A stretch of DNA of 64,000 nucleotides, taken from contig JAAXWF010000001.1 of assembly GCA_013335095.1 (NCBI GenBank), positions 445,984 through 509,983 on the forward strand, given 5' to 3'. Under the pieces are notes generated by a model, which did not search any database, was not told the origin of the DNA, and was given only the letters and a program-made list of their open reading frames with translations. Position numbers and translations under genes: made by a program. Shown here piece after piece: positions 36,279-45,869 of the stretch. Within the stretch, counting starts at the first letter, position 1, and every line of letters begins with the position of its first letter. This stretch comes from a candidate division WWE3 bacterium (lineage in GTDB: Bacteria; Patescibacteriota; 4484-211; GCA-002791395).

Positions 36279-38663
36279 TTATCTGCTTGTTTCTTGCCAA
36301 TCGTAGATTGGGTCTGTCAAAATTCGTGGGGCGTTAAGCAACAGTTTAGGGTTATAGATGAAGTAATCGGCTGGGTACAGGCTATTATCTTCATGAGTCC
36401 GATTCGATATATACGCACCAGCTTCTGATGCTCCGACTACGACAGTTCCGGCGATATTTAATCGCTTATCATACAATCGGTCTCCTGTACCACCTACATT
36501 AGCGTTCATGTTTCGACCAGCAACAAACATCCCTTCGAGGTTCGCGGTCGTAGAATCATTATTAGTGGCTCCGATACTCGATTCGATATTAATATCTCGG
36601 GTTGCTGTTATAAGTAAAAATCCATTTGGCCCAAGGGTAATTGCCTGATCTCCATTTGCTATTGAGGCGGGGATTGTTACCGATCCGTTTGCAACGATGA
36701 TGAGTGGGTAGTTGATATTCTGCCATGAACCACCTCCGCCCGACAACGTAATGTTGCCGGTAGTGAAATAAATAGCCGCTCCATCGGATGTTGCATCTGA
36801 ATTTGTTGGAGGGGTCCCATTGTATGTGGTTCGGTCGGCATATCGACTTAAATACGATGTCAGTTCGTTCACTTGTAACGTAGGTACATTGGCGTCTCCG
36901 GCTTGGGGACGCACTCTCCAACCCGATGATGATAGTCCACCCTCGCCGACATTCACTGGATCACCAACGACTACCCCTGGTACGGTTGAACCTGATGTCG
37001 TGATTAAATTCGGGCTTGTAGCGGTTGAGGGGATTTTTGAGCTGATACTTCCGTTGGCAAAGATGCTTCCTACATAAGATTGAAACCACGGATCCGATAA
37101 TTTCGACATGGCCAAGTTTACCGTCATGGTCTCGTTTTCGTTTACGTTGGTTACGTTGTAAGCTCGGCCGCATGATTCAATATATTGAGGGTCTGTAGTT
37201 GTTAGGGTTAATCGATAATTAGCTACGCTAACTCCATTATGATCAACCGCAAAACAGCCCAAATTATTAAAGGTATATGAACCTGTGCCGGATGGCGTTT
37301 TTGTTTGGTCATATGAGCATGAAGAAGGGGACAATTGACGCAGATTAACAGTTGCTTGGGTTAGGGTTGTTTCTCCGGGATCTTTGGTACAATTTCGGTT
37401 TAAATCATGATACACGGTTCCATTTATGGTCGCGGGGTGTGGTAAGCGAACCTGAATAACCGGATTAGGGGTGAAGGCTGTCTCTCCAGCAACGGCTCCG
37501 GTATCGGGATGGCGATAGATAACTCGATTTTGGCTGTCTGGTTCGGCATCAGCTTTGGTAGTCCAATTAGCTCCGGTATCGCCTCCGGCGATTTTAACCT
37601 TAATGTAGATAACTCGACCTTCGTCTTCTTCAAATCGACCAAAGTCGGCTGTTATTTTGTTACCGTTAATTGAAACCTCTCCACCTATCTCTTGATCATT
37701 GAGGTCGGTTATTTTAAGAACTGAGGGATTATGTAGGAAGCTACTATTCAGATAATCTTCAAAACCTGCTGATAGATTAAGCAGCTCATCTTGAATTATT
37801 GAACGATAAATGTCGCTTAGATCTTCGGGTTGCTCGGCTAGGTAATATTTTCCGTTGGTATATCGAGACATGCATTGAAGATATTCTGCGCCAGTATATA
37901 CTAAACTATTATCAACTGGGCATGTCCATGGTTCTCCCAGCAACTCTTCATTACCGACTGATTCATGCGATATCCCCACGGTATATATAACGTACCCAGC
38001 GTCTTTGGCATGTTGCAAACTGCCGTTATTAAAAACGTCCTCATTATTTCGTTGTTGGCCGTCCGTTGCAAATACGATGGCATGGACTGTATTTGGGCGT
38101 AATCCTTGATCAAGAACTTGATTTGCGCCACGTAGTCCATAACCTGTTGACGTGCCACCATTGGCAGAGATGTTATTTATACGTGTTTTAAGGGCTGCAA
38201 AATCGCTTGTTAAGCCGGATTCGATCGTTAATCCACCGTTGCCTGAACTATAACTAACTAGTCCAATTCTATCTCTTCCTGGATCGGCTTGGTCTATAAA
38301 TGAATTCAAGGAATCCTTGGCAACATTTATCCTGGTCGGATTAGTGTAGTCATATATACCAGTAAAACGTCGAGTCATACTTCCTGAGCGATCTAGTACC
38401 ATTACAACATCAAGCGGTGGACGGTTCGCACCCGTCGAATTAGCGCCCTTTATAACAAGTTGCAATACGGCTTCTTGACCAGCTATAAATTCAGTTTTAG
38501 GTACAAACACGCCGTTTTCTATTATTCCTATTTTTTTATCGGCATTGGCATACGCTGCTTCGACGGTTTGGGGCATACTCACAGACACTATCCATAGAGG
38601 TAGTAAAATACTCCCTGAGATTAGAAGTAGTGAGGATATTTGTTTATTCAACATTTTCTTCAT
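36279..38663 (-). CDS. large secreted von Willebrand factor A (vWA) domain protein
   Basis: MIDAS motif VVMVLDRSGSM (DxSxS), N-terminal signal/TM ending VEAA|YA, long Thr/Asn/Gly-rich beta-rich C-terminal region. Start taken at the MKKMLNK ATG to avoid overlap with the rhodanese gene. Confidence 0.7.
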   Translation of the reverse strand: MKKMLNKQISSLLLISGSILLPLWIVSVSMPQTVEAAYANADKKIGIIENGVFVPKTEFIAGQEAVLQLVIKGANSTGANRPPLDVVMVLDRSGSMTRRFTGIYDYTNPTRINVAKDSLNSFIDQADPGRDRIGLVSYSSGNGGLTIESGLTSDFAALKTRINNISANGGTSTGYGLRGANQVLDQGLRPNTVHAIVFATDGQQRNNEDVFNNGSLQHAKDAGYVIYTVGISHESVGNEELLGEPWTCPVDNSLVYTGAEYLQCMSRYTNGKYYLAEQPEDLSDIYRSIIQDELLNLSAGFEDYLNSSFLHNPSVLKITDLNDQEIGGEVSINGNKITADFGRFEEDEGRVIYIKVKIAGGDTGANWTTKADAEPDSQNRVIYRHPDTGAVAGETAFTPNPVIQVRLPHPATINGTVYHDLNRNCTKDPGETTLTQATVNLRQLSPSSCSYDQTKTPSGTGSYTFNNLGCFAVDHNGVSVANYRLTLTTTDPQYIESCGRAYNVTNVNENETMTVNLAMSKLSDPWFQSYVGSIFANGSISSKIPSTATSPNLITTSGSTVPGVVVGDPVNVGEGGLSSSGWRVRPQAGDANVPTLQVNELTSYLSRYADRTTYNGTPPTNSDATSDGAAIYFTTGNITLSGGGGSWQNINYPLIIVANGSVTIPASIANGDQAITLGPNGFLLITATRDINIESSIGATNNDSTTANLEGMFVAGRNMNANVGGTGDRLYDKRLNIAGTVVVGASEAGAYISNRTHEDNSLYPADYFIYNPKLLLNAPRILTDPIYDWQETSR

Positions 38664-39141
38664 CGCCTGGTATTGGATTACCTGATTCTTTATCAAACTG
38701 AGACGACCAGTTTTCATACGGTTCTGAGATTAGTTCTATCTGAGAGATCCCTTTTACAGCAAGTTCTTTTTTAAGTACCGTTTTATTAAATTGCGATCGT
38801 CCCACAACAATAATAATACGTCGGTCCGTTGGAATCTGAAAGTCACCAGATTGAATAGCTGAGTAGGGAAGTGGTAAGGCTCCTTTGAGGTGTCCAGCTG
38901 TGTAGTCTGCTTTTTCGCGGATGTCGAATATTAATGCCGGATTATCGATGCTGTATGTTTCGTTGGCTAATTCCGGGTATTGCTTGCTAAACATCTCGAC
39001 TGATCGATCTATGACATCAACAGTTGGGGTCGGGCTGGTCGGGTTTTGCTGAGTCCAATACCACATTATTGCGCCACCAACGGCAAGGATTACGGCTACC
39101 ATTATGGCTAATCTTCCTAAGCGGACATGACTCGTATGCAT
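38644..39141 (-). CDS. membrane-anchored rhodanese-domain protein
   Basis: N-terminal TM, rhodanese fold region (IFDIREKADYTAGHLKGALPLP...IIIVVGRS). Confidence 0.6.
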   Translation of the reverse strand: MHTSHVRLGRLAIMVAVILAVGGAIMWYWTQQNPTSPTPTVDVIDRSVEMFSKQYPELANETYSIDNPALIFDIREKADYTAGHLKGALPLPYSAIQSGDFQIPTDRRIIIVVGRSQFNKTVLKKELAVKGISQIELISEPYENWSSQFDKESGNPIPGDEENVE

Positions 39142-39229
39142 TATACTAACGGTATCGCGCCGCGGCTGTGGTTGTCAAGGAGAGACGCCATATAGGTATA
39201 TTTGGCGATCTGTGATAGAATCATATCCG

Positions 39230-39553
39230 ATGAAAAAAGGCATCCATCCAATCTATCATGATCCAGTCCAAATTACCTGTGCCTGTGGTGGCAGCATTGC
39301 CGCGGGTAGTGTATTGGGAGGCTCTATTCGTGTTGATATTTGCAGTCAATGTCATCCATTTTTTACTGGTGAAAAACGACTTGTTGATACGGCTGGACAG
39401 GTAGAGAAGTTTGAACGCCGTACCGAAAAGGCGACTACTATCCAATCTGAAACAATTGAGCGCCCAACCACTTCCAATAAGAAGAAAAAGGAAAAAGACA
39501 CACCTCAGCGCGTACTCTCTTTGCGCGAGCTTCTTGAACAAGCCCGTACTTAA
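39230..39553 (+). CDS. rpmE: 50S ribosomal protein L31 with C-terminal extension
   Basis: MKKGIHPIYHDPVQITCACGG...CSQCHPFFTG zinc-ribbon L31 signature, plus a ~40-aa Lys/Glu-rich tail. Confidence 0.8.
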   Translation: MKKGIHPIYHDPVQITCACGGSIAAGSVLGGSIRVDICSQCHPFFTGEKRLVDTAGQVEKFERRTEKATTIQSETIERPTTSNKKKKEKDTPQRVLSLRELLEQART

Positions 39554-39610
39554 GTAGTTTCTTCATTTTGATATCCTAAATATAGGTATGATTTCTGTCG
39601 TTTAAGGGAT

Positions 39611-40267
39611 TTATAGTTCTTCTATAGCAAGCTGATCAATAATTGAAGTATCAATCGGGGCATTATGGATCTGGAGTTGCCAATAATTTCGTTCATTGTT
39701 GTACGTTAACACTGACATATGGCCGTTATCTACAAAGCAATCATCTATCGTCTGTGGTCGATTCGCGGATAATCCCCATATCACGGTACGCATAAATACG
39801 GTATGACCAACCGCTACAATGACCGAATCACCGTTATGTTGTGCTTTCATAACGAATGTGAGGAACCTGGTTATTATGTCGTTGTAATTTTCACCCTCTG
39901 GAAAGGCTACGTCGAACTCATGATTATGCCAGTGTTCCAAAATGTGCTGGTATTGTGATGAATAATCAGGATGATGCTTCGGCATTCCATCGAGTTTGCC
40001 AAAGTTTACTTCATTGAGTAGGGAGGTCGGTGTAATCGGAACGCTGCAGATATCTTGGATAACCTCAGCCGATTCGACGCACCGTTTAAGGCGACTGCAA
40101 AATACTTGGCTAAAAGGGACCACCATTAACTCTTCACCAATATCGACAAACTGCTTTTTACCAAGGTCGGTAAGTCCTGCATCATGCTTTTGACCATTAA
40201 AAATGCCTTCGTGATTCGCATAGCTTTCGCCGTGACGTATAAACAATATGGTTAAATTTGCAGCCAT
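39611..40267 (-). CDS. histidine phosphatase family protein (phosphoglycerate mutase-like)
   Basis: RHGE motif (LFIRHGESYANHEG) and a second His region (VAVGHTVFMR). Confidence 0.75.
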   Translation of the reverse strand: MAANLTILFIRHGESYANHEGIFNGQKHDAGLTDLGKKQFVDIGEELMVVPFSQVFCSRLKRCVESAEVIQDICSVPITPTSLLNEVNFGKLDGMPKHHPDYSSQYQHILEHWHNHEFDVAFPEGENYNDIITRFLTFVMKAQHNGDSVIVAVGHTVFMRTVIWGLSANRPQTIDDCFVDNGHMSVLTYNNERNYWQLQIHNAPIDTSIIDQLAIEEL

Positions 40268-40332
40268 AAATTCTATATTTAGTATATACCGATAGCCGCA
40301 CGAAAATAAATGGGTGTTAGAGATGAAGGGAT

Positions 40333-41322
40333 TTAATCTTCGTTTTCCTGATCTATTGAGGTGTTAAGGTCGGGTTCATTTATTTTTTGATCGACAGTAG
40401 TCACTATGTCTTCGAGATCTCCTTCCATGATTTCGGCCAAATTATGCCAGCTCTCTCCAATCCGATGATCCGTAATTCTGTTTTGGGGGTAGTTATATGT
40501 TCGTATTTTTTCGCTTCTTTCACCACTGCCAATCTGTTCGCCTCTAATTTCGTCCAATGATGCTTTTTGCTGTTGGCGCATCATTTCAAAAAGCCTCGAA
40601 GATAAGATTGCTAATGCTTTTTCTTTGTTTTTATGCTGACTTTTTTCATCTTGCATACTAACAGTGACTCCGGTTGGGAGGTGGGTGATTCGTACGGCGG
40701 AGTCAGTCGTGTTGACTGATTGACCTCCTGGGCCGCCAGCTCGGAATGTATCGATTCTCAGGTCCTCAGTTTTTATCTCGATTTGTTTGGGGGTTACTTT
40801 GGGGAGTACTGCTACTGTTGCGGTCGAGGTGTGGATTCGGCCGGCACTTTCGGTTGTTGGGACACGCTGGACTCGATGGACTCCAGACTCATATTGTAGT
40901 ACTGGATATACAGGATTACTTGATGATCCGATAAATTCAGCGGTGACTTCTTTGATATTGCCCATGCCGCCCTGTGACATTGAGAGTTGATGGACTTTCC
41001 AGCCGCGTCGTTCGGCAAAACGTACGTACATACGGTACAGATCGCCGGCAAACAGTCCGGCTTCATTACCCCCCGCAGCCGCCCTAATTTCGACGATCGC
41101 ATTTATTAATTCTGGCTCTGATCCGCTATCGTCACCACTGGAATCGTAGTTCATCGAATCAATAGATTGCCGGAGTGCCTGTTTTTGTTCGGATAGATGA
41201 GTGAGCTCTTCTTGAACCAACTCTGCCATTTCTGGATTGTCTGAAAGTAATTGTTTGGTCGATTCAATTTGATTCTCAATTGCTGCGATTTGTTGTTCTA
41301 ACTGCTGTATAACAAGATCCAT
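40333..41322 (-). CDS. prfA: peptide chain release factor 1
   Basis: GGQ motif ([13 protein letters not shown]) and a P(T/A)T-type tripeptide region ([14 protein letters not shown]), characteristic of RF1 rather than RF2. Confidence 0.9.
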   Translation of the reverse strand: MDLVIQQLEQQIAAIENQIESTKQLLSDNPEMAELVQEELTHLSEQKQALRQSIDSMNYDSSGDDSGSEPELINAIVEIRAAAGGNEAGLFAGDLYRMYVRFAERRGWKVHQLSMSQGGMGNIKEVTAEFIGSSSNPVYPVLQYESGVHRVQRVPTTESAGRIHTSTATVAVLPKVTPKQIEIKTEDLRIDTFRAGGPGGQSVNTTDSAVRITHLPTGVTVSMQDEKSQHKNKEKALAILSSRLFEMMRQQQKASLDEIRGEQIGSGERSEKIRTYNYPQNRITDHRIGESWHNLAEIMEGDLEDIVTTVDQKINEPDLNTSIDQENED

Positions 41323-41380
41323 GGTGAGTATTATACTGTATGATCAAAAAAGAAGTATCTTTGTTCAGTAAATTTGAACA

Positions 41381-41902
41381 TTAAGAGCCGAGATTGATAA
41401 TCTCCATATTTTCGGGAAGATCGCTTAGTTTTTTAATGGTGAAGCTGCCTCTTTTTTCGGGTAACGTACTGTTTAACTTTTGTGTAAACAATTCAATATC
41501 ATTGGTCGGTATGGCCAGTGATGGAGGAAGTTGATTAGCGATTTGATACCATGCACCCGGGATCATCAGTATATCGATGTTGTCGAATCGTGATTTAACA
41601 TCGTCAGAAAGATGCTGATCAGTTTTTTCATCTAAATCAGGCAATGGTAGGTAGCCGATGGTAAAGTTTTCAACCTCTATTAAATAGAGAAGTGGACTCT
41701 GTAAATCATTTAAATCTAGGAAATCTGCACTAACCGATACTCCTTGAATCTCATATTCTCCCGGGCTAGTTATCGCGACTTCCTCGCCGCTGCTATCTTC
41801 TTCGTTATTTTTTCGAATAATTCGGAGAGGAATTCCAGTTAATGCAACGTCAGCCTTTGAACTTGAGATAAACATACCCTTTTGGGTCTTCTTGATTGTC
41901 AT
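41381..41902 (-). CDS. hypothetical protein
   Basis: 173-aa ORF, low-GC codon usage, no motif recognised. Confidence 0.4.
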   Translation of the reverse strand: MTIKKTQKGMFISSSKADVALTGIPLRIIRKNNEEDSSGEEVAITSPGEYEIQGVSVSADFLDLNDLQSPLLYLIEVENFTIGYLPLPDLDEKTDQHLSDDVKSRFDNIDILMIPGAWYQIANQLPPSLAIPTNDIELFTQKLNSTLPEKRGSFTIKKLSDLPENMEIINLGS

Positions 41903-41930
41903 AACCTGCTAATGATATCACTGATAATAG

Positions 41931-42410
41931 TTATTCAGCAACCGTTGAGGTCGTTCCGGTCTTTATCTCAACGTCCGGGAGGATTTGATGTAGGTGAGCT
42001 ATCTCATTTTCGCTTACGGGAGTGTTACGAATATCTAGTACTTTTAAGTTTTTTAAATCAGCGATGGTACCGGGAATCGTGTCAATCTTGGTGTTGGCAA
42101 TGTTTAATGTTTGTATATTCTTAAATGAACTGATCGAATCGGGAAGTACTTGTAGTGGTTGGGAACTGAGATTTAAGTGGCACACTGCGTTAGGATCCCG
42201 TAGTGCTTCACTTAAGCTAATATAAATTCGAGGATGATCACAATTTAATCCTGATTGACTCTGTGTCTCTACTATTTGGGTATTCTGCTGATCATGAAGT
42301 TGTCGAATTTCTTGTGTCATGAGAATAAACATTGAAATTCCAACTCCTAAGATAATACAAAGCAATAAAATAATCTGTGTTGTTCGGCTTATCGGTAGTT
42401 GATTATCCAT
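41931..42410 (-). CDS. membrane-anchored leucine-rich repeat protein
   Basis: N-terminal TM then LRR units (LNLSSQPLQVLPDSISSFKNIQTLNIANTKIDTIPGTIADLKNLKVLDIRNTPV). Confidence 0.55.
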   Translation of the reverse strand: MDNQLPISRTTQIILLLCIILGVGISMFILMTQEIRQLHDQQNTQIVETQSQSGLNCDHPRIYISLSEALRDPNAVCHLNLSSQPLQVLPDSISSFKNIQTLNIANTKIDTIPGTIADLKNLKVLDIRNTPVSENEIAHLHQILPDVEIKTGTTSTVAE

Positions 42411-42825
42411 CGTAATTATTTGTCACCACTGCCAATGTCGTTATATGTAATCGATTAAGTGAGAAAGGTTCGCATTCTTTTCCGATTTGTTGAGAAATGA
42501 TTCCAAGATCAAAGATATCGATGATGCCATCCTGATTTACGTCCATTCTTGTTGGAGGTACTTCAAGACCTTTGGCATCCTGGGTATTCGTTAATGTTTC
42601 GGTGACGTAGGTTATGTCAGATTGATCAACAATACAATCTTGATTTACGTCACCAAGTGGATAGGCTCCATTGGATCTCATCGGAGCCGCTTCGGATTCT
42701 GGTTTAGGAAAAAGTTTTGCATATAAATCGTCCCCAACCGGCATAATGTAGCCAGAGACGATAAAAAGTCCGACCATAAGTACTGATACTAATCCGAGGA
42801 GTTGGGTTAATTGTTGATCGCGCAT
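42403..42825 (-). CDS. small membrane-anchored protein with tandem dockerin-like Ca-binding repeats
   Basis: TM, leader LFPKPESEAAP, then DVNQDCIVDQSDITYV ... DVNQDGIIDIFDLGIISQQIG. Confidence 0.55.
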   Translation of the reverse strand: MRDQQLTQLLGLVSVLMVGLFIVSGYIMPVGDDLYAKLFPKPESEAAPMRSNGAYPLGDVNQDCIVDQSDITYVTETLTNTQDAKGLEVPPTRMDVNQDGIIDIFDLGIISQQIGKECEPFSLNRLHITTLAVVTNNYDG

Positions 42826-42877
42826 CTTATTTCTTTATACCACTGTATGAATAAATATTCAGTGGCAATCATGTAAA

Positions 42878-43717
42878 TTGTTCTACCCATCAATGAAAAC
42901 TCTTGACCACATGGACAAATTTCTCAAAATTCAGTACAGTATCGTCATGACTATTGGACAGGTTTTAGAAAATAGTAATATTGGTCATTTAGAATCAATG
43001 GTGATGCTCTCTAGGATTTTAAAGCAAGATAAATCATATTTATCTGCTCATGCCGAACAGGAGCTTACTCCAGATCAATTAAATAAATGGCATGAAATGA
43101 GAGTTCAAGCACATGCAGGTATTCCAATGGCATACATTATTAACGAAAAAGAATTTTATGGGTTAACTTTTTTTGTCGATCAGCGAGTTCTTATTCCTCG
43201 TCCAGAAACCGAAACGATTGTTGATCAAGCCCTCGCATATTGTGATAAAAGAAATGGCCGATCACTTAAAATTTTGGAGTTAGGGTGCGGCAGTGGGGCC
43301 GTTATTGTTAGCCTTGCTCATACGCTTCAAACCCCGCCTCATACGACTGATGGTATTTCATTGGTTGCTACCGATATATCAAAAGGAGCACTAGAAATAG
43401 CTCGAAAGAATGCTGAAACGTTTGGTGTAAATAATCTAATTGAATTCAAACAAGGGGATATGTTTGAACCGGTATTCGGAGTGAAGTTCGATTTGATTTT
43501 GGCTAATTTGCCCTATCTTCCCACTGAAGAAGCGCTACTTAATCGCCATGAACCACATACGGCATTGGTCGGTGGTTTTGAAGGCGATGAAATGAATAAT
43601 CAATTATTAAACAGTTATAAGGATTATTTAACACAAGAAGGTTTGGTCATCTATGAGGGGTATAATGGCGCTGTTACCTCATGCAATTATAACGGTGAAT
43701 CAGTAACAGCCTCATGA
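42878..43717 (+). CDS. prmC: release factor glutamine N5-methyltransferase PrmC (HemK)
   Basis: AdoMet-binding LELGCGSGAVIV and NLPY substrate motif (LILANLPYLP). Divergent from prfA. Confidence 0.8.
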   Translation: MFYPSMKTLDHMDKFLKIQYSIVMTIGQVLENSNIGHLESMVMLSRILKQDKSYLSAHAEQELTPDQLNKWHEMRVQAHAGIPMAYIINEKEFYGLTFFVDQRVLIPRPETETIVDQALAYCDKRNGRSLKILELGCGSGAVIVSLAHTLQTPPHTTDGISLVATDISKGALEIARKNAETFGVNNLIEFKQGDMFEPVFGVKFDLILANLPYLPTEEALLNRHEPHTALVGGFEGDEMNNQLLNSYKDYLTQEGLVIYEGYNGAVTSCNYNGESVTAS

Positions 43718-43724
43718 TTGTATC

Positions 43725-44327
43725 GTGATTATAAATAAAGGTTTTTCTCCAAAACATACGTCTGAACATTCACTTCCTCCAGGGCAATACGAAACGCATG
43801 ATTTTCCAGTGCTTTCTAAGGGGTATACACCCAAAATAGATACAAATAATTGGAAGATTCGTATTCATGGATTAGTTTCAAATCCGATTGTTCTTAGTTG
43901 GAATGAGTTTAATGCATTACCATCTTCAGAAATTACTACTGATATTCATTGTGTAACAAAATGGTCGAAATTTAATACCGTATGGAAAGGTGTTTCTCTT
44001 GATACGTTGGTTGAACTCGTTGGACTTCAAGGCCGGGCGACACATGTTTTGGCGTTCACCTATGATGATTATTCGACTAATCTTCCTGTAGCCGACATTC
44101 TTTTAAACAAAGCTTATATAGTCACCGAATTTGATCAGAAACCTCTGGCCAGCGAACATGGCGGACCAGCACGTTTATTGGTGCCTCATTTATATTTGTG
44201 GAAAAGTGCTAAATGGATCAATGAGCTTAAGTTTATTGATCATGAGGAATTAGGATTTTGGGAACTGCGAGGGTATCATCGATATGGTGATCCATGGAAA
44301 CAACAACGTTATGATAGCGATGAATGA
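43725..44327 (+). CDS. sulfite-oxidase-family molybdopterin-binding oxidoreductase domain protein
   Basis: Moco-domain signature region (IRIHGLVSNPIVLSWNEFNALP...IHCVTKWSKFNTVWKGVSL) with the conserved Mo-ligand Cys context. Confidence 0.6.
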   Translation: MIINKGFSPKHTSEHSLPPGQYETHDFPVLSKGYTPKIDTNNWKIRIHGLVSNPIVLSWNEFNALPSSEITTDIHCVTKWSKFNTVWKGVSLDTLVELVGLQGRATHVLAFTYDDYSTNLPVADILLNKAYIVTEFDQKPLASEHGGPARLLVPHLYLWKSAKWINELKFIDHEELGFWELRGYHRYGDPWKQQRYDSDE

Positions 44328-45048
44328 TAATAATTGGCAAAAAGCTCGGTTAGTTAAGTCTAAGATGATCGCTACCGATGTGAAATCATTAACATTTCAG
44401 GTGGACGAGTGGATCAAACATAAAGCTGGTCAGCATTATGATATTCGATTGACCGCGGAAAATGGGTATCAAGCACAGCGTAGTTATTCAATAGCATCTG
44501 CTCCGGAAGACTTTGGAATTGTTGAGTTCGGTATTCAGCTTCTATCAGAAGGGGAGGTATCACCGTACTTATTTACGCTACAAGAAGATGACGAGATCGA
44601 GATTCGAGGGCCGTTAGGACAGCATTTCGTTTGGGAAACTTCATTATCAGGACCACTGATTCTTATTGGAGGAGGAAGTGGAGTCGTTCCGCTTGTAAGC
44701 ATGCTGCGCCACCGATATATGGCGGGCGATACTCGAAAAACCATTTTTCTTATAAGCGCCCAAAGTCTTGATCACGTGTTATATCGCGATGAACTCGAAG
44801 CATATATGCAAAACGATCCAAATGTTGAGATCCCCATTACATTGACCCAGCAAAAGCCAATGGGGTGGTTAGGGTATGAGCGACGAGTTGATAAAGAGAT
44901 GCTTCAGGAAACAATGGGTGATGTATTATCTCAAAAACCGTCTATTTATATTTGTGGTCCAACACCGTTCGTTGAGGCGTGTGCATCTGGCTTGATAGAC
45001 CTTGCGGTCGATCCTTCATTAATAAAAACTGAACGTTTTGGTGGGTGA
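44311..45048 (+). CDS. ferredoxin-NADP reductase-like FAD/NAD(P)-binding oxidoreductase
   Basis: RSYSIAS (RxYS FAD motif) and GGGSGVVP (NAD-binding). The start overlaps the upstream stop (ATGAATGA). Confidence 0.7.
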   Translation: MIAMNDNNWQKARLVKSKMIATDVKSLTFQVDEWIKHKAGQHYDIRLTAENGYQAQRSYSIASAPEDFGIVEFGIQLLSEGEVSPYLFTLQEDDEIEIRGPLGQHFVWETSLSGPLILIGGGSGVVPLVSMLRHRYMAGDTRKTIFLISAQSLDHVLYRDELEAYMQNDPNVEIPITLTQQKPMGWLGYERRVDKEMLQETMGDVLSQKPSIYICGPTPFVEACASGLIDLAVDPSLIKTERFGG

Positions 45049-45092
45049 TTATTAACTAAACCTTTAATATTGATGGTGCCTCGTCTAGAAGA

Positions 45093-45125
45093 GGGGACTT
45101 AGTTTTTACTGAGTCCCCATTTTTG
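45093..45125 (+). terminator. Rho-independent terminator (its hairpin also encodes the C-terminus of the convergent gene)
   Basis: ggggacttagtttttactgagtcccc followed by atttttg. Confidence 0.55.
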
Positions 45126-45815
45126 AGTAAATTTTTCAAAGACTACAACATACAGTGTTACCATGATAAATGAATAGACAAAATCCTCGATTGGAATAGT
45201 GGTTATTCTGATACCAGTAATAAATTTTTCTCCGTACATAAGTATTGGTAATGAAGTTAACCCAAAGTTAAACAACAAAAATGGAATAAATGTTAGGACG
45301 CAATATATCCAAAATTGAATCGATGTGATCAATTCCCATTTTGTTTGATGTAAGTACATTATTTCGATTGCACAAATAAGCAACGCGAGCTGCGTATATT
45401 CTTTTCCAGTAAAGAAATTGTAAAACGTGATGAGCATGATAATTGTTGGAACGTACCACCATCTTGGAAGCGATACGGTTTGGTTAGGAATCAGTGTTAT
45501 TACGGCATACCAAATAAACAAACAGCTAAACGCGGTTGCAACAAAAAATAGATACTCTTCAACAGGAATCTGCAAAAGTCGAATACCTATAATATATTCA
45601 GGATTCCAGTCCCAATGTCCACGAAGATAAGCGATATATCCCCAGGTCATAAATAATGTCCCGACAATCAATATTGTGATAATTATAGCCCTTAAATCTT
45701 GTAAATATTTGTTATGGAGCGAAAGCGATAGAAGTAGGGGAACAAGTAATATTCCTAAATCAATTAATAAATATGCATACGGCATGTATGTATTATACGA
45801 ATTTAATCGATACAT
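45099..45815 (-). CDS. polytopic membrane protein with lycopene-cyclase-domain-like repeats
   Basis: Seven to eight TM segments and two PxEE-type motifs (IPVEEYLFF, IPIEDFVYSF), as in CrtYcd-type lycopene cyclase domain proteins. Confidence 0.4.
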   Translation of the reverse strand: MYRLNSYNTYMPYAYLLIDLGILLVPLLLSLSLHNKYLQDLRAIIITILIVGTLFMTWGYIAYLRGHWDWNPEYIIGIRLLQIPVEEYLFFVATAFSCLFIWYAVITLIPNQTVSLPRWWYVPTIIMLITFYNFFTGKEYTQLALLICAIEIMYLHQTKWELITSIQFWIYCVLTFIPFLLFNFGLTSLPILMYGEKFITGIRITTIPIEDFVYSFIMVTLYVVVFEKFTQKWGLSKN

Positions 45816-45869
45816 TTACTAATGTATAATGCACCTGCTGAAACACAACGTCGTTTAGGAGGTTGCGGT

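Noticed and set aside
36589..38161. Several 60-110-aa ORFs on both strands inside the vWA gene
   Set aside because: They are embedded in a long well-supported CDS. No RBS signals.
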